Source: Alphaproteobacteria bacterium
Lineage (GTDB): Bacteria > Pseudomonadota > Alphaproteobacteria > SP197
Assembly (NCBI GenBank): GCA_964291265.2
Contig: OZ219747.1
Location: forward strand, 3,936,001 to 4,000,000
Direction: 5' to 3'
Length of the DNA stretch: 64,000 bases
This document shows positions 10,649 to 20,452 of the stretch, piece after piece (position 1 is the stretch's first letter; each line of letters starts with the position of its first letter). The position numbers were made by a program, and so were the translations under genes. Below the pieces are notes generated by a model. The model was not told the origin of the DNA and did not search any database. It was given only the letters and a program-made list of their open reading frames with translations.

Positions 10649-11926
10649 TCGGTGTCGGCGTGCTTGACGACTTCCAGGCGATCGAGACTGAGGCCCGGCG
10701 GGTGGCATGGCAGATCATGGGGCAGGCGGTCGCCGCGAAGCTCAACGCCGATCATGCCGACGATCAGGGCCCCTGCCTGTGCGGGTGCGGCGGCAAAGCT
10801 CGCTTCGCCGGCCGCCGGCCCAAGACCTTCATCACCGCCTTGGGCCCGATGACGCTGGAACGGGCCTGGTATCACTGCGACGGCTGTCACTCAGGCTTCA
10901 GCCCGCGCGACCGCGCTCTTGGCATGGAGAACACCTTCCTGTCGCCGGCGTCGCTGCGCATGATCGGCATCGCTGCCGCCAGGATCAGCTTCGAGGGCTC
11001 CAGCGCCCTGTTGCGCGAGTTGGCCGGCCTCGCCGTCGCACCGAAGACGGTGGAACGCCACGCCGAGGCTCTCGGACGTGAGATCGCAGGCGACGAACAC
11101 CGCGTCATCGAACCCGAGTTCGGCGATGCCCCCATCCTCTACCTCGGTCTCGATGGCACCGGCGTGCCGGCACGCAAGACCGAAGTCGCGGGGCGTGCGG
11201 GCAAGCAGCCCGACGGCGGCGCCAAGACCCGAGAGGCCAAGCTCGCGGTGGTGTGGTCGGCGGAAACCACCGACCAGGACGGCCGCCCCGTGCGCGATCC
11301 CGGTTCCTCCAGCGACAACGCGGCCATCGAAACCATCGCCTGCCGGGATACCGACGCCGAGCCCGCGCCCTTCGCACGGCGTATCCTGCGCGAGGCCCAG
11401 CGCCGCGGCTTCGACAGCGCAGCGCGCCAGGTCCTGCTCGGCGACGGTGCGCCATGGATAGGGAACTTCGCCAACGAGCACTTCCCCGACGCTGTCCAGA
11501 TCGTCGACATCTTCCACGCCAAGGGCCATCTGTTCGATGTCGCCAAGGCGATCTACAACACACAGCAGCGAGATCGGCGAACGATGGGCCAGAAAGCGGC
11601 GCGAGGAGCTTGATGAGGGCCGCGTCGACGACGTGATCGCCGCCCTGCTGAGCCATGCCGCAAGCTGCGAGGAAGCCCGCAAGAACGCCGAGTACTTCGC
11701 CACCAACCGGGAGCGAATGAACTATCCGAGGTTCAGGGCGATGGGCCTGTGCGCTGCCTCCGGCGTGGTCGAGGGAGGCTGCAAGAACATCGTCGGCACC
11801 CGCCTCAAGCAAGGCGGCATGCACTGGACCGTCGACGGCGCCAACGCCATCATCGCCCTGCGCTGCGCCGTCGAAAGCAACCGCTTCGACGACTTCTGGG
11901 AACGGCGCGCCAGCGCAAGAGCATGA
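10580..11926 (+). pseudogene. ISKra4 transposase with a frameshift near 11560
   Basis: LDGTG, LGDGAPWI, DIFHA in frame 10543..11613; SGVVEGGCK, RLKQGGMHW in frame 11537..11926; shift at ACAACACACAG. Confidence 0.8.
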
Positions 11927-12202
11927 ATCTCACAAATCAGACGTACACCCCACAGTTCGTCACCGACCTTACCCGAACCATGTGATTCGATGTCGCCACC
12001 ACCGATCCCATCATCCGTGCAGGTGACTGCCGCAGCCTCACTCCACACTTTCAAGGAATGTGCTCTCAAATGGAAGGGGAAGAGTCCCAAGGCCGGTCAT
12101 CAGGGTGACGACATGACCTTCGTTCTCTCTCCAGCCGCCACGACGCCCATGTTCCTTGCAAAGCCGGCTGAAGACCCTGGCGACATTCCCCGGCAACATT
12201 CC

Positions 12203-12307
12203 AACAGGTTTTTTCACACTTTCTGCATGTCGACACCGGAGCGGCGCGGCCTTCGTCCAAACCCGCTTAGTGACGGCCCTCCGGCCGTCACTCAGCAGAT
12301 CTTTGGG
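12203..12307 (+). repeat. Second, inverted copy of the ~105-bp IS1634-like end containing a GTGACGGCCGGAG(T/G)GCCGTC hairpin
   Basis: Reverse complement aligns by eye with 3991-4095 (about 80% identity); a shorter third copy lies at ~37007-37042. Confidence 0.8.
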
Positions 12308-12575
12308 ACTCGATGTTCTTCACGCCCACGAAGCAAAGCCCCACCGCAGCAGAGTCGTCTGGATCAAGCCCTTGGCAATCCATCTCAAAGAGATCACCCA
12401 GCTTTACGATCGGAAAGCTCACTCCCCCACCGCTTCCTGCACCGCTCCGGCAAGGTTGTTCATCTTTGCAAGAATTTTGGTCTCAATACCGCGCAGTTTC
12501 TCCAGACTCTCCAACGTGTCGTGGTGCTCCATCGTGGCACGGTTCGGTGGCCGATGGCGTTTGGTCCTGGAGAAA
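12308..12575 (-). pseudogene. Type I RM relic: hsdM 3' end plus hsdS 5' start
   Basis: KRHRPPNRATMEHHDTLESLEKLRGIETKILAKMNNL* overlaps by GTGA with MSFPIVKLGDLFEMD..FVGVKNIES, which is cut by the IS-end repeat. Confidence 0.6.
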
Positions 12576-12590
12576 AGCGGGAACCCCACA

Positions 12591-12815
12591 CTAATTGCGT
12601 TGCCCCACAACGTCTGGGTTAGAGTTTTCCAATTCAGCGATTCGGTCAAGAGCTTCGTCCAGATCCGCCGCAAGACTATCCATCCGGCTAGAAAATCGCC
12701 GGGAAACGTAAAATCCGACCAGTGCAATAGCCACTGGAATGACAATGGCAACTATTCCGATCAGCAGTGACAAGCCTTGCAGGTACAACGCAACAGGTAC
12801 GCCTTCGCACATCAT
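12591..12815 (-). CDS. Small single-pass membrane protein with coiled-coil tail
   Basis: Hydrophobic LSLLIGIVAIVIPVAIALVGFYV followed by MDSLAADLDEALDRIAELE; starts 4 nt after the GIY-YIG stop. Confidence 0.5.
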   Translation of the reverse strand: MMCEGVPVALYLQGLSLLIGIVAIVIPVAIALVGFYVSRRFSSRMDSLAADLDEALDRIAELENSNPDVVGQRN

Positions 12816-12819
12816 TTGA

Positions 12820-13032
12820 TCACCGGCGCCGGGTAGGACGGCCTTTCGCAGCCTGTTCGCGCTCCCACTTGAGGGCGGCATCTCTGGTCGTCGCGTGCCC
12901 GACTTTTTCGATATCGCCACTACCGAAATCGTTTCTATGCTCGGTTTCCCGACGCTCAAGATCATTCGTGATGCCCGTGTGAACGATCCTTCGGTTCCGT
13001 TTGAAGTGATATTTGTAAGTGTCGCGCGCCAT
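12820..13032 (-). CDS. Minimal (70 aa) GIY-YIG nuclease-like protein
   Basis: TYKY..IVHTGITNDLERRETEH..ALKWE; GGAGG RBS before ATG 13032. Confidence 0.7.
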   Translation of the reverse strand: MARDTYKYHFKRNRRIVHTGITNDLERRETEHRNDFGSGDIEKVGHATTRDAALKWEREQAAKGRPTRRR

Positions 13033-13061
13033 GATCAGTACCTCCAATACCAGTAGTAACC

Positions 13062-13262
13062 TTAATAGTGGCATGGAGTCAAAATGTCAAGTCCCCGCAT
13101 CGCGTCTCCCAATTCGTCGATCTGGCCGAGGATTTGGGTCTCGATGCCGCGCAGTTCATCCAGAATCTCAAGCGGGTCGCGGTACACGACATTGGCGCGG
13201 CTCGGTGGCCGGTGGCGTTTGCCGCTGAGGTTGAAGTCGGCGGCACAGATGGCGTCGTCCAC
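13062..13262 (-). pseudogene. Second hsdM 3'-end remnant
   Basis: AADFNLSGKRHRPPSRANVVYRDPLEILDELRGIETQILGQIDELG, paralogous to 12419-12575. Confidence 0.6.
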
Positions 13263-14419
13263 GGCGAACCATCAGTACACGGTCCGGTCCTCGTTCGGGT
13301 CGCGTCCCTGCCATTGTGCTTACCGCGCGTCGGTCGCAGAACGCTTAGACGAGGCAGGGCATGTGTAAGCGTTCGGCCGTTCGGTGATGGCTGATTTTGG
13401 TTGGTTTGGGTCTTGCTGACTATCGTCTGAGAAAGTGCTGGTAAACTCGTTTGGTCTCGATTATGGTCGAGGCCATGAAGACTTTTGCCGAGACGCGCGG
13501 AGCGACACAGCAGCTGACGGGAGGTGGTGACGGCCTATGTCGGGCGTCAGTGGCCTTGTCATGCGAGGCGCCTGACTGGCGTGCGCTCTATGAGGCGGAG
13601 CGGGTTCGTGCGGATGCGGCGGAAGCGCGTATGCGTGACCTGCGCCGTGCGAAGAATTCTGCCCGTGCCCGTGCGGGCACATTCAAGTTTCATCTCGACC
13701 GCACTCGTGATCAGCTCAAGGAGGCTCGCCGGGAGGTGAAGCGTGGACAGGCCCGAGCGGAGGCGCTGGAGCGGGAAAGGGACGCTCTGAAGCTCAAGAA
13801 CGCTGAACAGGCGAGCGAGCTGAGGAATCTCCGCGGGACGCGTGCCAAGCACGCGACGGCGCGCTTCGGGTCGAAGAGCGAGAAACGGAAGAAGAAGGAA
13901 GGCACCGGGAACAAGCGGGGTCAGCAACCCGGCAAGAGCGGCCACGGGCGCACTCCGCGTCCGAAGCTCAAGGAGAAGCACGAACGCCATGATCCACCGG
14001 CATCGCAGCGCACGTGCCCGTGTTGCGGCGAGCCCTATGTGGCCAACGGCAGCCACGAGACCTCGATCATGGAGGTCCATGTCAAGGCTCATATCCGGCG
14101 GATTGAACGTGGGCGTTGGCGCCGTGGTTGTCAGTGTTCGTCGGCGCCTGCGGAGATCATCGCGCCGCCACCTTTGCGCTTGCTTGCGAATACCCCCTTC
14201 GGCATCAGTGTCTGGGAATGCGTGCTCTATGAGCGCTTCGCCTGCTTGCGTCCCCTGCGCCGGGTCTCGCGATGGCTGGAAGACCAGGGACTGCCGATGG
14301 CGCCGGGAACGATCGCTGGCGGCATGAAGAAGATGACGCCGATGTTCGCGCCTCTCGCTCAGGCCATCCTCGATCATCAGAACCGGCTGACGGTGCGCCA
14401 CGGCGACGAGACCAGCTGG

Positions 14420-16338
14420 GTCGCGGTAGGGATGCGCATTGCTGCGCACCCCCCGCACAGATCCGGACATGGACGTTAATCCATCCGGCTCCTACCTCGG
14501 GTGCTTGACGGTAAACCGCTGGTCCGGCCATGGGTGGCGGATGGAGACGCGCGGCCAAAGAAGCTCGGTCATGCGCTCCAATCGCTTCCAGTCAAAGCAG
14601 TGGCGCTGGGAGCGGCGGCGGATCGCTCGCAGCCATAGGCGTTGCAGCCTTTGGCGGAACGTGCGCAGCCATCGGGTCGACCCCGGAACGGCGAAGTAGT
14701 TGGACCAGCCATTGACAACTCGCCCAAGCCACATGCCGACCTCCCATATGTCGTGATGCCGTCGATTGCGAAGCACCTCCTCGATGCGCGCCAGGGTCCT
14801 TGCGACCCGTTTTGCGACCGGCTTGCGACCAAGCCTGAAGCGTCCTCTCCGGGTCTCCGTGCAGAAGTGCGTGAAGCCCAGGAAGTCGAACGTCTCCGGC
14901 CTGCCCGCCCCGCGAGATCGCCGGTTCGCCTTGGCAAACCGTCCAAACTCAACGAGACGGGTCTTGTCCGGGTGAAGGGTGAGACCAAAGCGGTCCAGCC
15001 TCTCCCGAACGTCGCGAAGGTATGTCTCCGCATCCCGCTTATGCTGGAACCCGACCACAATATCGTCCGCGTAGCGGACAATGATCGCTTTACCGTTCGG
15101 AACCTTCGGACGCCATGCCTTGTGAAACCACAGATCGAGCACGTAGTGCAGAAACACGTTCGCCAGGCAGGGGCTGACAATGGCGCCCTGAGGCGTGCCC
15201 GCACCGGTGTCGCTCCATGATCCGTCGGTCATGACGCCAGCGTTCAGCCACTTGCGGATCAGACGGATCACCCGCCTGTCGCCAATGCGATGCTCCAGGA
15301 ACTTGATCAACCAATCCCTCGGGATTGTGTCGAAGTACCCCTGAATGTCCGCGTCGACTATCCAGTTGACCTTGCGCCGCTCGATCCCGAACGCCAGGGC
15401 GTCGAGAGCGTCATGCGCCCCTCGGCCCGGTCGGAACCCGTAGCTGAAGCCAAGGAACTCCACCTCATAAATCGGTGTCAGGATCACATCCACAACCGCC
15501 TTCTGGACGATCTTGTCCTCCAGTGCGGCAATCCCGAGCGGTCGTGTCCCGCCGTCCGGCTTGGGTATCTCAACCCGCCGAACCGGCGGCGCCCGGTACG
15601 CTCCCCCACGATGCAGGCGCGAGTGCAGATCAAGCAAGCGCTCGTCCAGACCCTCGCCATACGCCGCCCACGTCACGCCGTCGACACCTGCCGAGGCTTC
15701 CTTCTTCAAACCGAAGTAGGCCGCCCGGAGCGCGTCCGGCGTAATGTGATGGAAGAGTGCAGTGAGACGCTCCTTCGGGTTCCTCTCTGCAGCTTCCCGT
15801 ATCCGGTCCGCCGCCTGTGGCACACTTGCCCGACACTGCGTTCGGTGCGTGCTTTGGCGTCCCGGATTCCCCTTGGTTGAGGCCCTTTCCTCCAGCGACT
15901 CCGCAGAAGCTGACGCTCCCTTGTTCGCCGCCTTCACCGGTCTTACGGCCCCATCCGACTTCTTCAAACCGTTCCTCATAGGCTTCGGCTTTCTCCTTTC
16001 CCTACACGGTCCCGCCACGACAGGCGGGATAGTTCGAAGACCTCCCAGGGTCCCAACAGAAGGCGTGCGGACGTGCATGGGTTCTCCGACACCGCGGGGC
16101 TCGCCGACATCTCACCAAATCGATGCCTGCGATGTTGCCTTCGACCGATGCGAAAGCCTCGGCACCCCGAACAACGGACTTTTCGGTGCTCATTAGCCCT
16201 GCCCATCCGTACCGCTACCGACGCTTCGCCTGCCCCCTCGCGGGAACCGACGCACGGCTCGCGGAGAAACGTGGTTTGGTTACTCCTTCGTTTCAGGGGA
16301 CTTTCACCCCCTACCTTCCGCCAGTTCGCCTGGCACAC
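14420..16338 (-). mobile_element. Group II intron, full length, antisense to the IS66 transposase
   Basis: 5' GTGTGCC; domain V GAGCCGGATGGATTAACGTCCATGTCCGGATC; DVI hairpin ending CCCTACCGCGAC; putative EBS1 CGCAUC (16147-16152) pairs with IBS1 GATGCG (16339-16344). Confidence 0.92.
14492..15979 (-). CDS. ltrA: Group II intron reverse transcriptase/maturase without En domain
   Basis: IPKPDGGTRPLGI, SYGFRPGR, GTPQG, VRYADD, FDFLGF, X domain; stop abuts domain V; start uncertain. Confidence 0.92.
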   Translation of the reverse strand: MRNGLKKSDGAVRPVKAANKGASASAESLEERASTKGNPGRQSTHRTQCRASVPQAADRIREAAERNPKERLTALFHHITPDALRAAYFGLKKEASAGVDGVTWAAYGEGLDERLLDLHSRLHRGGAYRAPPVRRVEIPKPDGGTRPLGIAALEDKIVQKAVVDVILTPIYEVEFLGFSYGFRPGRGAHDALDALAFGIERRKVNWIVDADIQGYFDTIPRDWLIKFLEHRIGDRRVIRLIRKWLNAGVMTDGSWSDTGAGTPQGAIVSPCLANVFLHYVLDLWFHKAWRPKVPNGKAIIVRYADDIVVGFQHKRDAETYLRDVRERLDRFGLTLHPDKTRLVEFGRFAKANRRSRGAGRPETFDFLGFTHFCTETRRGRFRLGRKPVAKRVARTLARIEEVLRNRRHHDIWEVGMWLGRVVNGWSNYFAVPGSTRWLRTFRQRLQRLWLRAIRRRSQRHCFDWKRLERMTELLWPRVSIRHPWPDQRFTVKHPR

Positions 16339-17162
16339 CGCATCCAGTCCCTCAAGGCCTCGGGGCGCTCGCAGAAGGCCTGGCTGTGGACCGCGGTCAG
16401 CGCCGACTCCGTCTTCTTCCTTATCGACCCGTCACGCAGCACCCGGGTGGCCATGGTGCTGTTCGCCTCCACCGAAGGCACCGTCTTCCTTGTCTGCGAT
16501 CGCTACGCGGTCTACAGGAAACTGGAGCGTGAGCTTGATGGCAAGGTGATCCTCTGCCTTTGCTGGGCGCACTCCAGGCGCGATGTGATCGAGGCTGCGG
16601 CAGGCCAGGAGGGGCTGGAAGAGTGGTGCGACAAGTGGCTCGACAGGATCGCGCTGATCTACACACTGAATGGGCAACGGCTGAAGCACTACGATCCCGC
16701 ACGCAAGCGTCAGTCAGCGAGGTTCAATGCCCTGCAGAAGGACCTTCGTGCGGCTGTCGAGGCGCTGTTCAGGCAGGCTCAGGAGGAACTCGACGCCTTG
16801 CCCGAGGGTGCACGCGAAGCGAAGCCCTTGCGTTCCCTGATCCGTCACCGCGAGGGACTGTGCGTCTTTGTCGACCATCCCCAGGTGCCCATGGACAACA
16901 ACTTTGCCGAGAGAGCCCTCCGGGGTGCGGTGACCGCGAGAAAGCTGAGCTTCGGCTCCGACAGCGAGGAAGGCGCCGCCTTCACCGCCATCATGTACTC
17001 GGTCATCGGCACCCTTGCCATGAACAACATCAATGTTCGGCGCTGGCTTCATGAGTGGCTTGAGGCCTGCGCGCAGAACGGCGGCAAGCCGCCGGATGAC
17101 CTCGACCCGTGGCTGCCATGGTCGATGACCCCGGAGCGCCGACGGGACCTCATGGAACCGGG

Positions 17163-17507
17163 GTGATCGAGTGCCGTTACGACGGCCGTGACTTCACCGC
17201 GCACGAGATGGCGCTGCGCTCCCTGATCACCCAGCACCCCACCCGTGCGGCCATCGCCCGCGCCTTCTGCCGCAAGACCGGCTGGTACAAGCCCGACGGC
17301 GGCCTCAAGAACATGATGGCGAGTGTCACCTTCCTGGCCATGCACCGCGCTACACAGGCGCCGTCTACAAGGCGTCGGGTTGGATCCATGTCGGCACCAC
17401 CAAGGGGCGCGGACGCTACGATACGCACAGGAAACTCGACAAACCAAAAAAAGGACATCTGGCTGAGGCCTCTCCGCAAAGACTGGAAACTCATCCTCAA
17501 CCGGTGA
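17163..17507 (+). pseudogene. DUF4338-like passenger gene of the IS66, internally deleted
   Basis: RYDGRDFT..WYKPDGGLK N-terminus joined to TKGRGRYD..KKDIWLRPLRKDWK C-terminus. Confidence 0.6.
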
Positions 17508-17559
17508 ATATCACCAACAATCACTGCGCGACCGAACGCTTACGGCCATGGAAGAGGTC

Positions 17560-18400
17560 GCCTCAGGCCATGTTCTCGCGCTGGGTTCAGGAGAACTTCT
17601 TCAAGGACATGCGTGACGCCTGGAACCTTGACGCTCTGCCTGAGCATGGCTTCGAGACGCTCGATGACGACACCCTCGTGGTCAATCCGCACATGAGGAC
17701 CGTGGGCAAGGACATCCGTGAAGAACCAGGCGCGCCTCGCTCAGCTGCATGTGCGGATCGCCAGGGGGCAAGACAACGGACGCTCTCGCTGCCGAGGTCG
17801 GCGCCATCGAGGAGGACCTCGCCGAACTCAAGGAGCGCCGCTCGACCCTGGCCAGCCATGCCCGTCTCGGCGAACGTGCCGGCAGCAACAGGCCCGACAC
17901 CCTGCCACGAACTCAACACACCTCCTCATCGATCTCGTCCGCATGATCTGCCATCGCGCCGAAACCCGCATGATGGCCCCCGTGATCCGGGGAAAGGCGC
18001 GACCCAACACCGCGGTTCGCCGGCATCTCACCATAGCGATGCCTGCGATGTTGCCTTCGACCGTCGCGAAAGCCTCGGCACCCCGAACAACGAGCTTTTC
18101 GGTGCTCATGAGCCCTGCCCATCCGTACCGCTACCGACGCTTCGCCTGCCCCCTCGCGGGAACCGACGCACGGCTCGCGGAGAAACGTGGTTTGGTTACT
18201 CCTTCGTTCCGGGGGACTTTCACCCCCAACCTTCCGCCAGTTTGCCTTGTATGACCAGGCGCTTGCTTGCCCACGGGTGGCGGATGCTGGCCTTGGGCCG
18301 GTGGGCTGCGATAAGGTTCCTTCAGGCAATCCGAAAACGGTTGTCTCCGCCCGCCGCAGAAACCCATGACGATCCCGGCGCTCCCCCTTGAGGTCAAGTG
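17560..18400 (+). pseudogene. Degraded transposase of unassigned family, interrupted by an intron fragment
   Basis: MFSRWVQENFFKDMR..NLDAL..VVNP and LIDLVRMICHRAETRM in different frames. Confidence 0.5.
18004..18255 (-). mobile_element. Group II intron 5' fragment (domain I only)
   Basis: Close copy of 16086-16338 with no RT, DV or DVI. Confidence 0.85.
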
Positions 18401-18449
18401 CCCGTGCCCTCCCGTGCCGTGCGCGAACCTCGCCGTCAGTCGGAGAGGC

Positions 18450-20033
18450 TCAGCACGGCAACGTACGGGCTCTTGAACTGCGTGTTTCCGGTGGGAGCCC
18501 GAACGCCTCGCCATAGATGCGCTCGATGCGTTGCGTTTCCTCATCCGTCAGCATCTTGAATTCTCCCTCGCGCGCCCGCCTCGAAAGGCGCCCGGCATTT
18601 TGATGCAGAAACCGAAACAGAAGGTCGGCGGTGCGATCAGGCATGTCGGCGACCCCTTGAAGGTGCCCCGTGAAATGGTCATGGCGCATGAGAAAATCAG
18701 CTTCGTTCGGCAGTTCTTCCTCGATTGTCCTCTTCACGCATTCGAACAGATATTCCGCATGGGGTGTTGCATCGAAAAAGCGATAGAAGTCCGCCGTGTC
18801 GTTGAGCACCCGGACATTGCCGCGCTCCGTCTGCTCCCAGTCGATGAATGGCAGGAGCCGCCGCGAGTGGTCTTTCAGGATCGCGCCATAGGCCTCGATC
18901 CGATCCAGGATTGCAACGGATACCGGGAACACGACCCCCCCGGGGTTGAAGCCCCGCTGTGCCAGGACGTGATGAATGAGATAGCGATGGATGCGCCCGT
19001 TTCCGTCGGCGAAGGGGTGGATGTACACGAAACCAAAGGCCAGTACGGTCGCTGCGATGACAGGATCGAGAGCGGTTGCAGGACCCCGGTCGAAGGCGAC
19101 CATGCCAGCGATCAGGGACGCGAGGTCCTCGTGCCGTGCGCTGATGTGGTCAGGGAGAGGTGTACCCGTGTTCCGCTCGTGCTGGCCTACGAATCCGCCT
19201 TCGGTGCGCAAGCCAAGTGGCACGAACCGATCGTCGCCGATGACGATCTTCTGCAGCCGCAGCAGTTCATCGAGGGTGATGGGTTGCCGGCCGGCCTCAC
19301 CTATGGCCCGGCCCCACCGCTGAATGCGGTTCTGCGGCGGGCGTTCGCCCTCGATCGCGTAGCTCGACCTGGAATCCTTCAGCAGCAGGAAGGCGGCCGC
19401 ACGAGCCAGCAAGTCTGCCGGGACCGCGGCAACGACCGCCCGGGCCCGCTCCGCGAGATCGTGGTTCACCAACTCTTCGAGTGCCTCCGTGTGGCGGACC
19501 AGCGGACAGAAATCCGCTGTGCCCGGCATGTTGTTCCTGACGCGATGCCGTGCAGAGTTCTCGCCCCGGACCGCCCACTGCTGCCGCGGATTGACGGCCG
19601 GGACGTAGTCGCCCCTTGTGGCATCCGGAAGGTTCAGGCGTCGCCCGGTGAGCCACTCATAGAGAAACCAGAGTCGCCGGGCATAGCTGCCCGTGGGCGT
19701 TCTCCGGACGATGGATTCCATCTCGGCCGCATCCACCGCAAGGAAGAGGCGCTTCAGAACCGCAAGATCGAGTCCCTCATACTTGAGCGCGAAGGTCAGG
19801 TGCGCTTCCAGCGTGGGGCGTGGGGCATGGCGGGGGGTGAGAAGGCGCCATCCTCCCCCCTCCCGGATCCTGTGCCGCTCACCCGTGGCGGACAATGTCC
19901 GTGGCAGGGGAACGTGCAGGCTGCAGGCATCGATCAGGGCGGCATAGCCGACCGGCGTCGCCCGTTCCGGCAACCGCCTGTCCTGAAGAACCGTGATCGG
20001 CCCTGAAAAGCGATGTCGCATCGCGTCACTCAT
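18450..20033 (-). CDS. Fic-family protein with extended N-terminal domain
   Basis: Fic motif HPFADGNGRIHR; FALKYEG, RRLWFLYEWLTG and SSYAIEGE segments. Confidence 0.88.
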   Translation of the reverse strand: MSDAMRHRFSGPITVLQDRRLPERATPVGYAALIDACSLHVPLPRTLSATGERHRIREGGGWRLLTPRHAPRPTLEAHLTFALKYEGLDLAVLKRLFLAVDAAEMESIVRRTPTGSYARRLWFLYEWLTGRRLNLPDATRGDYVPAVNPRQQWAVRGENSARHRVRNNMPGTADFCPLVRHTEALEELVNHDLAERARAVVAAVPADLLARAAAFLLLKDSRSSYAIEGERPPQNRIQRWGRAIGEAGRQPITLDELLRLQKIVIGDDRFVPLGLRTEGGFVGQHERNTGTPLPDHISARHEDLASLIAGMVAFDRGPATALDPVIAATVLAFGFVYIHPFADGNGRIHRYLIHHVLAQRGFNPGGVVFPVSVAILDRIEAYGAILKDHSRRLLPFIDWEQTERGNVRVLNDTADFYRFFDATPHAEYLFECVKRTIEEELPNEADFLMRHDHFTGHLQGVADMPDRTADLLFRFLHQNAGRLSRRAREGEFKMLTDEETQRIERIYGEAFGLPPETRSSRARTLPC

Positions 20034-20452
20034 GAATTTCGACGGCGATGGTCCCCTGTATCTGGCAATTTCATGATAGGGAGTGCAAGACGCCTGTGCA
20101 AGGGCTGTCTGTGACTCTCTTGTTGCTCGCCAGATCGTCATGTGAGTGACTTTGACTCTTGCGCGTCTGGGACGGGCTCGACGATCGTCAGGCAGAGGGG
20201 CGCCGTGCACTCCTTCCAGTTCAACGACGTCAGGCATGCGAAGGTCCTGACCGTATTGATCCGGATGCTGGCGTGGAATGGTTCTCTTGACGGTGTTCCT
20301 GAGGTGGCAGCCCGATTGCCAGCAATTTGGGATCAGGTCATCGCCTGATTCGTTCACCCCTGCAATCATGGCCGAACCTGATGATCCGTCATGGTTGAGG
20401 GCCTGCGGTTCAATCCCGGATTCGGGCTTGTTCCCGATCAGGAGATGACGTG

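Larger units (their letters stand above)
10126..11950 (+). mobile_element. ISKra4-family insertion sequence
   Basis: IRs GGGTGTACGTCGGGATTGTGAGATT / AATCTCACAAATCAGACGTACACCC; 9-bp target duplication CACAGTTCG at 10117-10125 and 11951-11959. Confidence 0.88.
13475..17166 (+). pseudogene. IS66 transposase split by the intron (segments 13475-14419 and 16339-17166)
   Basis: Coiled coil, FGSKSEK, CPCCG zinc finger, HGDETSW|RIQSL rejoined across the intron, CWAHSRR, DNNFAERALR. Confidence 0.85.
13365..17543 (+). mobile_element. IS66-family element (single transposase plus DUF4338 passenger remnant) carrying a group II intron
   Basis: Ends GTAAGCGTTCGG / CCGAACGCTTAC; flanking 8-mers GGGCATGT and GGCCATGG (6/8 match). 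Confidence 0.85.

Noticed and set aside
14492-15979. Retron, DGR or defence-associated reverse transcriptase
   Set aside because: It has a maturase X domain and lies within clear group II intron boundaries with DV and DVI
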